This document shows positions 33,886-43,484 of a DNA stretch of 64,000 bases, in pieces. Positions within the stretch are counted from its first letter, which is position 1; each line of letters starts with the position of its first letter. A program made the translations under genes and the position numbers. The DNA lies in the NCBI GenBank assembly GCA_043797815.1, contig JAZDPG010000027.1, positions 29,554 to 93,553 of the forward strand. Reading direction: 5' to 3'. This DNA is from Bacteroidota bacterium. GTDB lineage: Bacteria; Bacteroidota; Bacteroidia; Bacteroidales; GCA-2748055. Below the pieces are notes generated by a model, which was given only the letters and a program-made list of their open reading frames with translations, was not told where the DNA came from and ran no database searches.

Positions 33886-36800
33886 GTGGTCAACACCGGA
33901 AGAGAGGTTCAAAATATAAGCCTGACCAGACCGTCAGTAAAACCTGACCGGGGAAAGGTATGCCCTGCTCCGGGAACCTCACTGCGGCGCCATTTCAAGC
34001 TTGCATTTCTTGCCCTCCTTCTCTCACTCTTTGTGATCCCGGAGATGAATGGGCAGTGGCTTCCCGGATTTGGATTCAGAAAACAAATCACCATTCCCGA
34101 GGCGAGCGTCTACGGAACCGGCACCCATACCAACTTCCCGGTCCTTATCGAGATCACCGATGACGACCTGAGATCCATCTCCAACGGGGGGTTGGTAATA
34201 AGTCCGGTTGGATGGGACATTGTCTTCTCTCAGGATCATGTCAATCCATTGAATTTTGAGGTTGAATCCTACGATCCTGCTTCCGGCCGTATTGTGGCCT
34301 GGGTCCAGATACCAAATCTGGAAGCATTGTCAGATAATACACTCTATATCTATTTCACTTCTCCAACCCCAGTAGATCCTTCTCCTTTGGCGCCCGCCAC
34401 ATGGGATCCGGCTGCTTATGTAGCTGTCTACCATTTACAGGGGGATGATTATTCTGATGCTACAATCAGCGGATATGATGGTACTGCAACCGGTACCAGC
34501 AATTCTCCGGGAAGCGTTATTGAGGATGGGCAGGATTTTGAATACGGTTCTCCTCTGCATTCTGATAGAATTGAAATTGGATCTTTTGATGTGGCAAGTG
34601 ATTCATTGACCATTACAGCATGGATCAACCCGGAATCATTTTCTCAAAGGGATGCAAGAATAATATCTAAAGCAGATGGGTCAGGCGATCAGGACCACTG
34701 GTGGATGCTAAGCACCGTTGAAGACGAGTCTGATACCCGATTAAGGTTTCGTCAAAAAGCGGGAGCGTCAGAAATAACGACAACCTTAGCAGCCTCAACC
34801 CTGGCAGAAGGTAATTGGGCTTATGTTGGTGCTGTTTATGATGGAGATTCCATGTTTCTGTACAAAGACGGAGGCCTGGTGGGAGGGAAAGAACACGATG
34901 AAGGCGGCACCATCAGTACAGATAACACTGTGGATGTGGCTATTGGTAATCAACCCAATACTGCGATGGGAGGCACACGAGCCTTTGACGGGGTTCTGGA
35001 TGAAGTAAGAATCCAAAGGGTGGCACGCTCTCAATTCTGGTTGCATACTGAGTTTGACAATCAACAGGATCCAGCCAACTTCTATTCATCCCTGGGGGCT
35101 ACAGAAATTATCAATGATGATCCGTGTGATGCCATCACGCTACCTGTTCATGAGTGTTATGACCCTGATACATTAACCAATTATGCTGCGACAGGATCAG
35201 GTGTTCAGGATCCGGGATGCGGGGTGTATTCAGGTGGTGATGTTTGGTTCAAAGTGATTATTCCTGCAGGCCAAACAAAAATTGTAGTTGAAATTGATAC
35301 CGATGTTACAAATCAGGTTTCTGGTGATGGATGGGCTTATCAGCCCGAACATGCCATATACAGTGATGCCTGTGGATCATTGACAACTCCTGTTATTTGT
35401 AGCTCCAACAACACTTATCTTAACGGATTAGGTTCCAGATCTGTCCTAGAAGGATTAACACCAGGAACAGAACTTCTTATTAGAGTATGGGAAAACTCGA
35501 GCGATGATAATGAAGCCTTTAGGATTGGTGTTTTTTATGATGAAACGCCGCCTTCGATTCCTGACTGCCCCTCTGAAATCATTCAGGATATTGATCCCGG
35601 CCAATGTACTGATGTTGTAAACTGGGTAGCCCCTACAGCTTCTGACAATTGCACGCCAGCCGGCGATCTCATCTGGGTTTCAAGCCATATTCCCGGAACG
35701 TCATTTCCGATTGATACTTCTGTAGTTGTATATTATGCCATTGATCTGGCTGATGATACGGCTGTATGCAGTTTCAATGTGATCATTCAGGATGATGAAG
35801 TTCCTGTAATCACGCACTGTGCCGACACGAAGGAGGTGGTTCTGGATGGGACGAGCTGCAGCGTTGCACTACCTGACTACACGTCCGAGGCAGAGATCGC
35901 CATAACCGAGTGCAGCACCTATGAGATCACACAGTCTCCTGTGGCAGGTACATTTATCAGCGACACGACAGTGGTGACCCTTACCGTTACGGATGAGTAT
36001 GGGAACTTCGCCACCTGCCAGTTCACTGTGAACACAATAGATGATACTTATCCAACCTTTACAGTACCGCCTTCAGATACAGTTTGCAGGGCTTTGGATT
36101 GTACATATAATATTGATCCGGGCATCACCGGGGATGTGACGGATGAATGGGATAATTGCGCTACAGGGATCGAGGCATATTACGAAGATGACTTTGCCAA
36201 CCAGGGAAATTGCGATAGTGCAGGTTTTGTAATTCGCACATGGATTTTGGAGGATGAATATGGAAATGAAACCCGGCAGGATCAGATTATATGGATCAAT
36301 CCGGTTTCAATTGTTATTCCGGTTGTTGAAAATACCATCCTGTGTGACAGTGCTAATACTCATATTGAGCTAACCAGTCCAAATATATACTCAAGCGGTG
36401 CAGTGACTTTTAACTATACGGTAGCAGCCACCGGAGGGGTTACCGGATTTACAACACCGGTGACCGGATTACCAGTTGGGCATGTGATTCAAGATCAACT
36501 ATTCAATCCAACCATTCAGGAACAGACGGTTACTTATACCATTGCGCCTGTAAGTCCTGTAGGTTGTTTAAATGGAAATGCCCAGGTTGTGATCATCACG
36601 GTCAACCCGACCCCGAGATTAACAGTAGATGTCCCTGAGCTGGTATATTGCGACAGTTCAACAGTAAGCTTTACTGTAAACGATGGCATCACCTCCTCGA
36701 CGGGAGCACAGGTATACAGTGTCTTCCGTAACTACAATGATACAGACGTGCATATCGAGGGAGAAGTTCCGGGGCTGGATGATAACCAGGTTTATGGGGT

Positions 36801-39800
36801 GTCGCTGGATGAAGAGATCCGGAACCTGACCAGCCAGGTACAGACGGTAAGCTACACGTTCAGGCCATTGATCAAGGACCCGCGGGGAAACGGATCACTG
36901 GCAGAGTGCAACACGGGAAAGGATACTACCATAGTTATTTCAATTGAGCCCACACCTGATATTGAGGTGGAGATCGGAAATGATACGATTTGTAATGAGG
37001 ACTTCATCGCCCTCAATGTAACCAATCCGAACTTCCCGATCCTTGGTAACTGGAGATATAAACTGGAAGTCGATTATGGCGATAGTATACAGGGAGAACT
37101 TCCTGAATTGCCGCTCTATACAGATTATGCTGATAATGAACTTACTATTACTGATACCCTCAAGAACATTGGGGTATATTGGCATACTGTGGCTTACCGG
37201 TTTATTCCTTACATAGAATCTGTCCTTGGAGGGGACAGCTGTCTGAATGGTCTTGATACAACAATTATCGTTTGGGTGAATCCCACCCCCGCCATACGTG
37301 TAATTGCCAATGATACTGTAATCTGTAATGGGGCAACCACCACCATTCGTATCCGTAATCCAAATGAATTTGTGTATGGTGCCTGGGAGTATGATCTGAT
37401 CGTCACGGATGCAGATGGTATGATTGAAGGGGAGAGCCCTGATATGTATGGAATCACAGATTCTGAGCTAAATGAATCCCTTACAAACATAGATACAATT
37501 GCCCATAAGGTGGAATATACATTTATTCCGACAAAGGAATATGGAGGGTTGACGTGCAATGAAGTGAATGATACCACCATCGTCATCTGGGTGAATCCGA
37601 CACCCCAGATCAGGGCAGAGGCCAGTGACACGGAGATCTGTACCGGGGATACAGTGGACCTGGGCATCAGGAATCCGAATGTCTTTGTGATGGGCGAATG
37701 GATGTATGATCTGGAAATATCCAAGACATCCGATTTGCTGGAAGGCGCTGTAAGTGGCCAGCAGGTATACAACGGTGATACCACCTACCGCTATATTCTG
37801 ACCAACAACGACATCATTGCACATCAGATCACATTTGATTTCCACCCGCGAATCGTTCAGGTTGATGGAGGAGACGATTGCCAGGGAGGAGAAGAGAGTG
37901 ACACATCCATTACCATAACCGTGTATCCTACCCCACAGATCAGGGCATCGGCTCTGGATGATACACTGATTTGCAGTGGGGATTATGTCAATTTCACCGT
38001 AACGAATCCAAATTCCACACTGTTTAATGGGTACTGGTGGTTTAATTTAGAGGTAACCGCCGATCCTGAAATAGAGGGGGCAAATCCGGATTCGACCTTC
38101 CTGCCTCCCCATGGTATCCCGTCTTATTTCGATGATATTCTGATCAACAGGGATACCATCACCCACAAAGTTGAATACCGTTTCAGGCCAAGAATTCGTC
38201 CTTTTGATGGGGATGCAACCTGTGAGAATGGCCGGGATACGCTTATTACCATCTATGTGAATCCTACTCCGGCCATTGATGTGACACTTCCCGACTACCT
38301 GTTCTGCAACAACCAGGTGGTTGAAATCACGGTGCATGACCCCCTGGGTAATTATATACTCGGTTCCAAGGAATACGAAATATTTACCAATTATGACAGG
38401 GATGAGGTTACAGTGACCAATGTATACACCGGAACAGTCAGGCCCATCTATCCTTACAAAGAAAGACACGGTGTTGATCATGATATCAGGGATTCCATAT
38501 CCAATACGTCTGATATCTGGAAATCCGTATTTTATCGTATTACACCCTATATCTATGATACGCGGCCAGGTCATGAAAACACACAACTTTGTGGTCCGGG
38601 AAAAGATACGCTGATTGAAATATACATCAATCCCACACCACGCATTACTGTTGAAATCGAGGATTCCATTTTGTGCGATGGAGCCAGGGTGGAGTTCAGC
38701 ATCACCAATGAAGTGACAACCTATGACAGCACGGAGGTTGTTTATGGCCTGAATATACAGTTTGATTCGGACTCCGTTTCAGGAGTGATCACGCCAAATG
38801 GTGAGTACCGTCAAGCAGGCGTTCCCCAAATCGAGGATTGGTTATTCAATAATTCGGATACGGTTCAGGTACTGGATTATGGATTTACCGCACGTATTAA
38901 GGACAACCGGGTGGGCAAGGAGACGCATTACTGCGATGATGGAAACCATGACATGGTCCGGGTTCTCCTGAATCCAATCCCCAGGCTGCGGTATACCCTT
39001 GATGAGGACACGCTGTGTTACAACGACGGATTCGTCCTTGAGCTCGATTCGCTGGTATATACCACCAGCCCGCTCCATTACAATTTGTTCGTTGATAACA
39101 GCAACAACCTGAATCATGTAAGAGGCTCTGCTCCGGGTGAAGGCATTGCAGTTGCGGATGATTTCGGACAGGAGGGTGTTGTGAATCCCTGGATGGATGT
39201 AAGAAGCGTCGGATATAAAATATTGCCGTTCATTTCCGAGGAAGGATGCGAAGGAGATACTTCTTACTTCGAAATTGATGTGAATCCGGAACCTGTGATG
39301 ACTGCTGATTTGTCTACACCGAAGGATACGGCCGTCTGTTTTAAACAGGGTTATAATATTCTGATAACCACGGCTGTGATCAGCACAACCGGGCAGTTGC
39401 TCTACGATCTGAATACCTTTGGGTACAATGAGCCCCTTGTTGAGAATGAAAGGTTAAGCGGGGACTATATCATCGAGCATCTGAATCAGATGACAGTAGT
39501 CAACACCGGTGATTCCATTGAGGAGATTAATTATAGATTTATGCCGGTGATCAGGGATGCAAAGGGTCCGGGCAGGCACTGCCTGGGAGATCCCAAAGAG
39601 GATATCATCGTCCAGGTGGCTCCCGAGCTGAAGGGCAACCTGGTGGCAGATTCTGCCGCATTCGGAGGTTGGGAGATTGTTTGTAACGGCGAGCTTTCAT
39701 TGCCGGTCCATTCCAATGTGAGGGGTGGCTACTACCGGCAGCCTTATCGTTTCGACTGGAGTACGAACGGGGGCATTGAAGCGTATCTGGAGGACAGGGA

Positions 39801-42474
39801 TTCTGCCCAGTCAGACCTCAGTGTAGGCTGGTACAGGTTCGAGGTGTGGGATACCATTGGCTGCTACTTCTTCTCCGATTCAATCCTTATAGAACAACCC
39901 GACACCATTGTGGTTGAAGATTCAATCACCAAAGTATTCTGCTGGAACAATGAATTCCTGGGATCCATCGACGTAACGGTAGACGGGGGAACCCCAAATT
40001 ATTCCTACCAGTGGTATGTGGATGATATTCTTCTTCCGGAGCACAGTAACCATCTGGATGCCGATGGCAACTGGTATGACCTGACCGTTCTGGATGCCAA
40101 TGCCTGCCGCTATGAAGATGCCTATGAGATTCAGTCAGTGACCCAGATCAATATTACGGTTGATACCAGTAAATACATGGGATTTGGCATCACCTGTTTT
40201 GGGGACAGTACGGGTACGATAGACATTGGCGTGGCGGGTGAGTTTCCACCCTATGATGTGGAGGTGTATCGGTTTGGCCAGCATAATTTTGAGGTGAATC
40301 AGCCGGTGGCAACCGGTTCAGTGGACGAGAATGAGAACCTTTCCATGGTCGGATTCCCTGCCGGCCAGTATGTTATTTATGCTTTCGATACGGTGGGTTG
40401 TTACAATCCTCCGCCGGCCGGACATCCGGAATACATACCGATCGTTCTGACAGAACCCGATTCATTTGTCATTGAAAAAGACAATCCTTTCAGGCCTGGT
40501 ATGGTGGATGTAAGCTGTTTCAATGCAGATGACGCTGAGATTCATCTGAGGGTAAACGGAGGCCGGATTGGTGTCCGGCCGGGTTTATTTGAGTGGACCG
40601 GCAATGATGAGGATTTGGTTGACGGGGACAGTGTACAAACCAACCTGGGTCCGGGATTGTATCAGGTGCATGTGACTGATGCCTGGGGTTGCGAGGATTC
40701 TGCGGAATTCAACCTGATCGAACCGTCGGAAGTCATCCTGACCGGGGCGATTGTTTCTGACATGAATAGCTGGAACATCTCCTGTTTCGGGCAGAACGAC
40801 GGGTTCATTCATATTGGGGTTGAGGGCGGAATACCCGGATATGACTATGCGTGGGCCACAACTGCGATGACCATGGCCGACAGTACCCTGGAAGATCAGA
40901 GCCAGTTGGTTGCCGGGCGCTATGATCTTTCCATCCTGGACAGCATCAACTGTCCACTGGATACCTTCTTTATCCTGAAACAGCCGAATCCATTGCTGGT
41001 TGATGAAGATATCCCGCTGTATCCGGGTCCGGACGGGGTTGCCATTGCCTGCGCATATGATGCAACAGGGATGATCAATCTTACGCCCTATGGAGGAGCG
41101 GACTCGCTGCAAAACGATTACCTCTGGACTTCCACCGGTGGTTATCTCAGCGAACCGGATATCATGAACCAGTCCAACCTGCCCGTGGGTACCTATACCC
41201 TGTCTGTTACGGATATCAACGGATGCCGGTTTGATACATTCTATGTATTGAAAGAGCCCGAACCCATGAGAATCGTATCCCTGACTGCCAAGGATGCGGT
41301 TTGTGCCAATACGGCCACCGGGTTTGTATACCTGGAATCTCAGGGAGGCATCCCCGGATATACCTATGAATGGAGCAACAATGAGACAAGCCGGAACCTT
41401 GAGATGATTGGCGCCGGGATTTATACAGTCATCATCCGGGATACAAATCTGTGCGAGCTGATTGACAGCATTGAAGTGTCCGAAGCGGACAATTTCGTTG
41501 TGGATCTGGATGTTGCCACCGATTACAACGGGACACCCATCTCCTGTAGCGGCTTTTCCGACGGGGCCATCACACTGAATCCCCGGGGAGGAACAGCACC
41601 CTACTTCTTTATATGGAATACGGGAGATACCACCCGGAACCTGGTGGGTGTACCGGCTGGCTTTTATTTTGCCAGTATCCGGGATATCAATGGATGTGCC
41701 GATTCGGTCGAAGTAGAGATAAACGAACCTCCACCCCTTGAATATGACATTGATCCGGAGGATCCATTATGTTACAGGGACTCAAGCGGCCGGATCAACC
41801 TGCTGATTACCGGTGGTACTGTATTTAAACTGGATGATTACAGGGTTTGGCTGAACGGTACGGTTTCAGAGCCTTACATGGAGAACCTGCCCCAGGGTGA
41901 ATACCTGATCAGGATCGAAGACCTGAATGATTGTTATGTGGAGACCCAGGCCGAATTGATCCATCCGCCTTTGCTAACCCTGGACTTCAGCACCCGGGAG
42001 GCATTCTGCAAGGACAAGGCCGACGGCCAGCTTGTATTGAATGTGGATGGAGGGACACCGCCCTATTTTATCGAGTGGAACAGGGACTTGCCTGAAAATG
42101 AACAGTACTTTTATGACGTGTACTGGGGTGAATATGTGGCTACTGTGACTGATTTTAATCATTGTGTAAGCAAGGATTCCGCCACAGTGGGCTATACCTA
42201 TACCTCCTGCCTGGTGATTCCCACAGCCTTCTCGCCCAACGGAGACGGGTTCAACGACCTGTGGATTATCGAGGGACTTGAACTCTATCCGAATGTGGAT
42301 ATGGTTATCTTCGACCGCTGGGGAAACAAGATGTATCAGACAGTGAATGCGGCAGATGAGCCGTGGGACGGATCATTTAACGGACGGATACTGCCCATTG
42401 ATTCGTACCACTTTGTGATTGATCTGAATAACGATGAACCGGCCCTTATGGGCAACGTAACCATTTTGAGGTAA
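33886..42474 (+). CDS. giant (2862 aa) T9SS type-B-CTD surface protein: DUF2341 + LamG head, HYR domains, ~10 PKD-like modules, ~10 SprB repeats, gliding-motility-associated C-terminal domain
   Basis: One uninterrupted ORF. The GTG 33886 start is uncertain, and the signal peptide ..RRHFKLAFLALLLSLFVIPEMNGQ lies at about aa 33-56. The DUF2341-like segment is GFGFRKQITIPEASVYGTGTHTNFPVLIEI..AWVQIPNL..LYIYF. The LamG_3-like segment is ..FDGVLDEVRIQRVARSQFWLHTEFDNQ... The HYR-like segment is ..PPSIPDCPSEIIQDIDPGQCTDVVNWVAPTASDNCT... (V/I)NPTP module junctions recur. SprB-type units follow the pattern C.G...G.I...V.GG.PPY.Y.W. The CTD is ..IPTAFSPNGDGFNDLWIIEGLELYPN..IFDRWGNKMY... Confidence 0.9.
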   Translation: MVNTGREVQNISLTRPSVKPDRGKVCPAPGTSLRRHFKLAFLALLLSLFVIPEMNGQWLPGFGFRKQITIPEASVYGTGTHTNFPVLIEITDDDLRSISNGGLVISPVGWDIVFSQDHVNPLNFEVESYDPASGRIVAWVQIPNLEALSDNTLYIYFTSPTPVDPSPLAPATWDPAAYVAVYHLQGDDYSDATISGYDGTATGTSNSPGSVIEDGQDFEYGSPLHSDRIEIGSFDVASDSLTITAWINPESFSQRDARIISKADGSGDQDHWWMLSTVEDESDTRLRFRQKAGASEITTTLAASTLAEGNWAYVGAVYDGDSMFLYKDGGLVGGKEHDEGGTISTDNTVDVAIGNQPNTAMGGTRAFDGVLDEVRIQRVARSQFWLHTEFDNQQDPANFYSSLGATEIINDDPCDAITLPVHECYDPDTLTNYAATGSGVQDPGCGVYSGGDVWFKVIIPAGQTKIVVEIDTDVTNQVSGDGWAYQPEHAIYSDACGSLTTPVICSSNNTYLNGLGSRSVLEGLTPGTELLIRVWENSSDDNEAFRIGVFYDETPPSIPDCPSEIIQDIDPGQCTDVVNWVAPTASDNCTPAGDLIWVSSHIPGTSFPIDTSVVVYYAIDLADDTAVCSFNVIIQDDEVPVITHCADTKEVVLDGTSCSVALPDYTSEAEIAITECSTYEITQSPVAGTFISDTTVVTLTVTDEYGNFATCQFTVNTIDDTYPTFTVPPSDTVCRALDCTYNIDPGITGDVTDEWDNCATGIEAYYEDDFANQGNCDSAGFVIRTWILEDEYGNETRQDQIIWINPVSIVIPVVENTILCDSANTHIELTSPNIYSSGAVTFNYTVAATGGVTGFTTPVTGLPVGHVIQDQLFNPTIQEQTVTYTIAPVSPVGCLNGNAQVVIITVNPTPRLTVDVPELVYCDSSTVSFTVNDGITSSTGAQVYSVFRNYNDTDVHIEGEVPGLDDNQVYGVSLDEEIRNLTSQVQTVSYTFRPLIKDPRGNGSLAECNTGKDTTIVISIEPTPDIEVEIGNDTICNEDFIALNVTNPNFPILGNWRYKLEVDYGDSIQGELPELPLYTDYADNELTITDTLKNIGVYWHTVAYRFIPYIESVLGGDSCLNGLDTTIIVWVNPTPAIRVIANDTVICNGATTTIRIRNPNEFVYGAWEYDLIVTDADGMIEGESPDMYGITDSELNESLTNIDTIAHKVEYTFIPTKEYGGLTCNEVNDTTIVIWVNPTPQIRAEASDTEICTGDTVDLGIRNPNVFVMGEWMYDLEISKTSDLLEGAVSGQQVYNGDTTYRYILTNNDIIAHQITFDFHPRIVQVDGGDDCQGGEESDTSITITVYPTPQIRASALDDTLICSGDYVNFTVTNPNSTLFNGYWWFNLEVTADPEIEGANPDSTFLPPHGIPSYFDDILINRDTITHKVEYRFRPRIRPFDGDATCENGRDTLITIYVNPTPAIDVTLPDYLFCNNQVVEITVHDPLGNYILGSKEYEIFTNYDRDEVTVTNVYTGTVRPIYPYKERHGVDHDIRDSISNTSDIWKSVFYRITPYIYDTRPGHENTQLCGPGKDTLIEIYINPTPRITVEIEDSILCDGARVEFSITNEVTTYDSTEVVYGLNIQFDSDSVSGVITPNGEYRQAGVPQIEDWLFNNSDTVQVLDYGFTARIKDNRVGKETHYCDDGNHDMVRVLLNPIPRLRYTLDEDTLCYNDGFVLELDSLVYTTSPLHYNLFVDNSNNLNHVRGSAPGEGIAVADDFGQEGVVNPWMDVRSVGYKILPFISEEGCEGDTSYFEIDVNPEPVMTADLSTPKDTAVCFKQGYNILITTAVISTTGQLLYDLNTFGYNEPLVENERLSGDYIIEHLNQMTVVNTGDSIEEINYRFMPVIRDAKGPGRHCLGDPKEDIIVQVAPELKGNLVADSAAFGGWEIVCNGELSLPVHSNVRGGYYRQPYRFDWSTNGGIEAYLEDRDSAQSDLSVGWYRFEVWDTIGCYFFSDSILIEQPDTIVVEDSITKVFCWNNEFLGSIDVTVDGGTPNYSYQWYVDDILLPEHSNHLDADGNWYDLTVLDANACRYEDAYEIQSVTQINITVDTSKYMGFGITCFGDSTGTIDIGVAGEFPPYDVEVYRFGQHNFEVNQPVATGSVDENENLSMVGFPAGQYVIYAFDTVGCYNPPPAGHPEYIPIVLTEPDSFVIEKDNPFRPGMVDVSCFNADDAEIHLRVNGGRIGVRPGLFEWTGNDEDLVDGDSVQTNLGPGLYQVHVTDAWGCEDSAEFNLIEPSEVILTGAIVSDMNSWNISCFGQNDGFIHIGVEGGIPGYDYAWATTAMTMADSTLEDQSQLVAGRYDLSILDSINCPLDTFFILKQPNPLLVDEDIPLYPGPDGVAIACAYDATGMINLTPYGGADSLQNDYLWTSTGGYLSEPDIMNQSNLPVGTYTLSVTDINGCRFDTFYVLKEPEPMRIVSLTAKDAVCANTATGFVYLESQGGIPGYTYEWSNNETSRNLEMIGAGIYTVIIRDTNLCELIDSIEVSEADNFVVDLDVATDYNGTPISCSGFSDGAITLNPRGGTAPYFFIWNTGDTTRNLVGVPAGFYFASIRDINGCADSVEVEINEPPPLEYDIDPEDPLCYRDSSGRINLLITGGTVFKLDDYRVWLNGTVSEPYMENLPQGEYLIRIEDLNDCYVETQAELIHPPLLTLDFSTREAFCKDKADGQLVLNVDGGTPPYFIEWNRDLPENEQYFYDVYWGEYVATVTDFNHCVSKDSATVGYTYTSCLVIPTAFSPNGDGFNDLWIIEGLELYPNVDMVIFDRWGNKMYQTVNAADEPWDGSFNGRILPIDSYHFVIDLNNDEPALMGNVTILR
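36290..39636 (+). repeat. about 10 tandem, diverged ~105-125-aa PKD-like modules (protein-level repeat inside the giant gene)
   Basis: The recurrent junction motifs are WINPVS, VNPTPRL, IEPTPDI, VNPTPAI, VNPTPQI, VYPTPQI, VNPTPAI, INPTPRI, LNPIPRL and VNPEPVM. Each is followed about 10 aa later by a conserved Cys and preceded by a C..G.D(T/S) motif. Confidence 0.75.
39637..42200 (+). repeat. about 10 tandem SprB-type repeats (protein-level repeat inside the giant gene)
   Basis: Example units: CWNNEFLGSIDVTVDGGTPNYSYQW, CFGDSTGTIDIGVAGEFPPYDVEVY, CFGQNDGFIHIGVEGGIPGYDYAW, CANTATGFVYLESQGGIPGYTYEW, CSGFSDGAITLNPRGGTAPYFFIW and CKDKADGQLVLNVDGGTPPYFIEW. Confidence 0.75.
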
Positions 42475-42492
42475 AAGCATAGCAGTGAAAGA

Positions 42493-43479
42493 GTGAAGAG
42501 CGCAAAACCATATATCATTCTGATTTTGATCCTGCTGATCACGCAGTCGCTGAAGGCTCAGCAATTGCCGCTCTACTCACAATACCTGGAGAATGCTTTC
42601 ATGAACAATCCGGCTTATGCAGGTTACGATGGTTATACCTCCTTCAATGCAACCTCCCGGCAGCAGTGGCTGGGATTTAAGGAGGCTCCGCGAACTTACT
42701 CAGCCTCTTTTCAAAGCCGCCTGTTCAGGAGGTCCCATAAAATCGTAAACAATCCCATCAAGAGGGGAAACATGCTGATACCGAGTACCAAGGGACGGGT
42801 CGGATTGGGCGGCTATGTCATCAATGATATCAATGCCAAGGTGGCCCGGACCGGGTTGGCTTTTACCTATGCCTATCACATTATCCTCAACAACCAGCAG
42901 CTTTCATTCGGCCTGTCGGCCAAAGCATTTCAATACAGGATCAATACCAACGAGCTCACATTTGGGGTGGATGGCGATCCGGTGGTTACCGGCAATTTCA
43001 AGGAAGTGGCCTACAGCCCCGATGCGGATTTCGGGGTACTGTTCAACGGGATCGATTATTTTGTAGGGTTTTCCGTCAGCAATTTGCTTGAGACCTCCCT
43101 GATGATCGGGGCCAATGATGTACCCGATTATAAAACCTTCAGGCATTACTGGCTGATGGGAGGTTACCGGTACAGGCTATCCTATGATCTGGAACTGGAA
43201 CCCAGTGTGCTCTTTAAGACCACCGAAAACTGGAATCCCCAGGCTGATGTTTCTTTCAGGGCATATTATGCAGAACTTCTCTGGGGCGGACTGTCATACC
43301 GGACCAACAACAGCATCATTGCCATGATCGGTGTCCGGTTTGATAACATCTTATTCGGGTATTCGTTCGATTGGGCATTATCAGATATTGCACACTACAA
43401 TTATGGGTCACATGAAATTACCCTGGCGGTGAAAATGGGAGACAATACCCGCAGGACCAAATCAACGATCCGGTATTAG
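42493..43479 (+). CDS. PorP/SprF-family type IX secretion system membrane protein
   Basis: 328-aa ORF with a GTG start 18 nt after the adhesin stop and signal MKSAKPYIILILILLITQSLKAQQ. ..LPLYSQYLENAFMNNPAYAG.. is the PorP/SprF N-terminal signature. The body has a beta-barrel-like pattern. Confidence 0.85.
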   Translation: MKSAKPYIILILILLITQSLKAQQLPLYSQYLENAFMNNPAYAGYDGYTSFNATSRQQWLGFKEAPRTYSASFQSRLFRRSHKIVNNPIKRGNMLIPSTKGRVGLGGYVINDINAKVARTGLAFTYAYHIILNNQQLSFGLSAKAFQYRINTNELTFGVDGDPVVTGNFKEVAYSPDADFGVLFNGIDYFVGFSVSNLLETSLMIGANDVPDYKTFRHYWLMGGYRYRLSYDLELEPSVLFKTTENWNPQADVSFRAYYAELLWGGLSYRTNNSIIAMIGVRFDNILFGYSFDWALSDIAHYNYGSHEITLAVKMGDNTRRTKSTIRY

Positions 43480-43484
43480 AAGGT

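Noticed and set aside
33960-34163. ATG-initiated 67-aa ORF near the 5' end of the giant gene, as an alternative start or upstream ORF.
   Set aside because: It is in a different frame from the adhesin ORF and fully contained in it. The adhesin frame carries the signal peptide and the DUF2341 motif across this stretch.
36290-42200. Nucleotide-level tandem repeats or a recombination-prone array within the giant gene.
   Set aside because: The modules repeat at the protein-motif level only. I could not find long identical nucleotide stretches between units, so I do not call a recent amplification or a phase-variable array.
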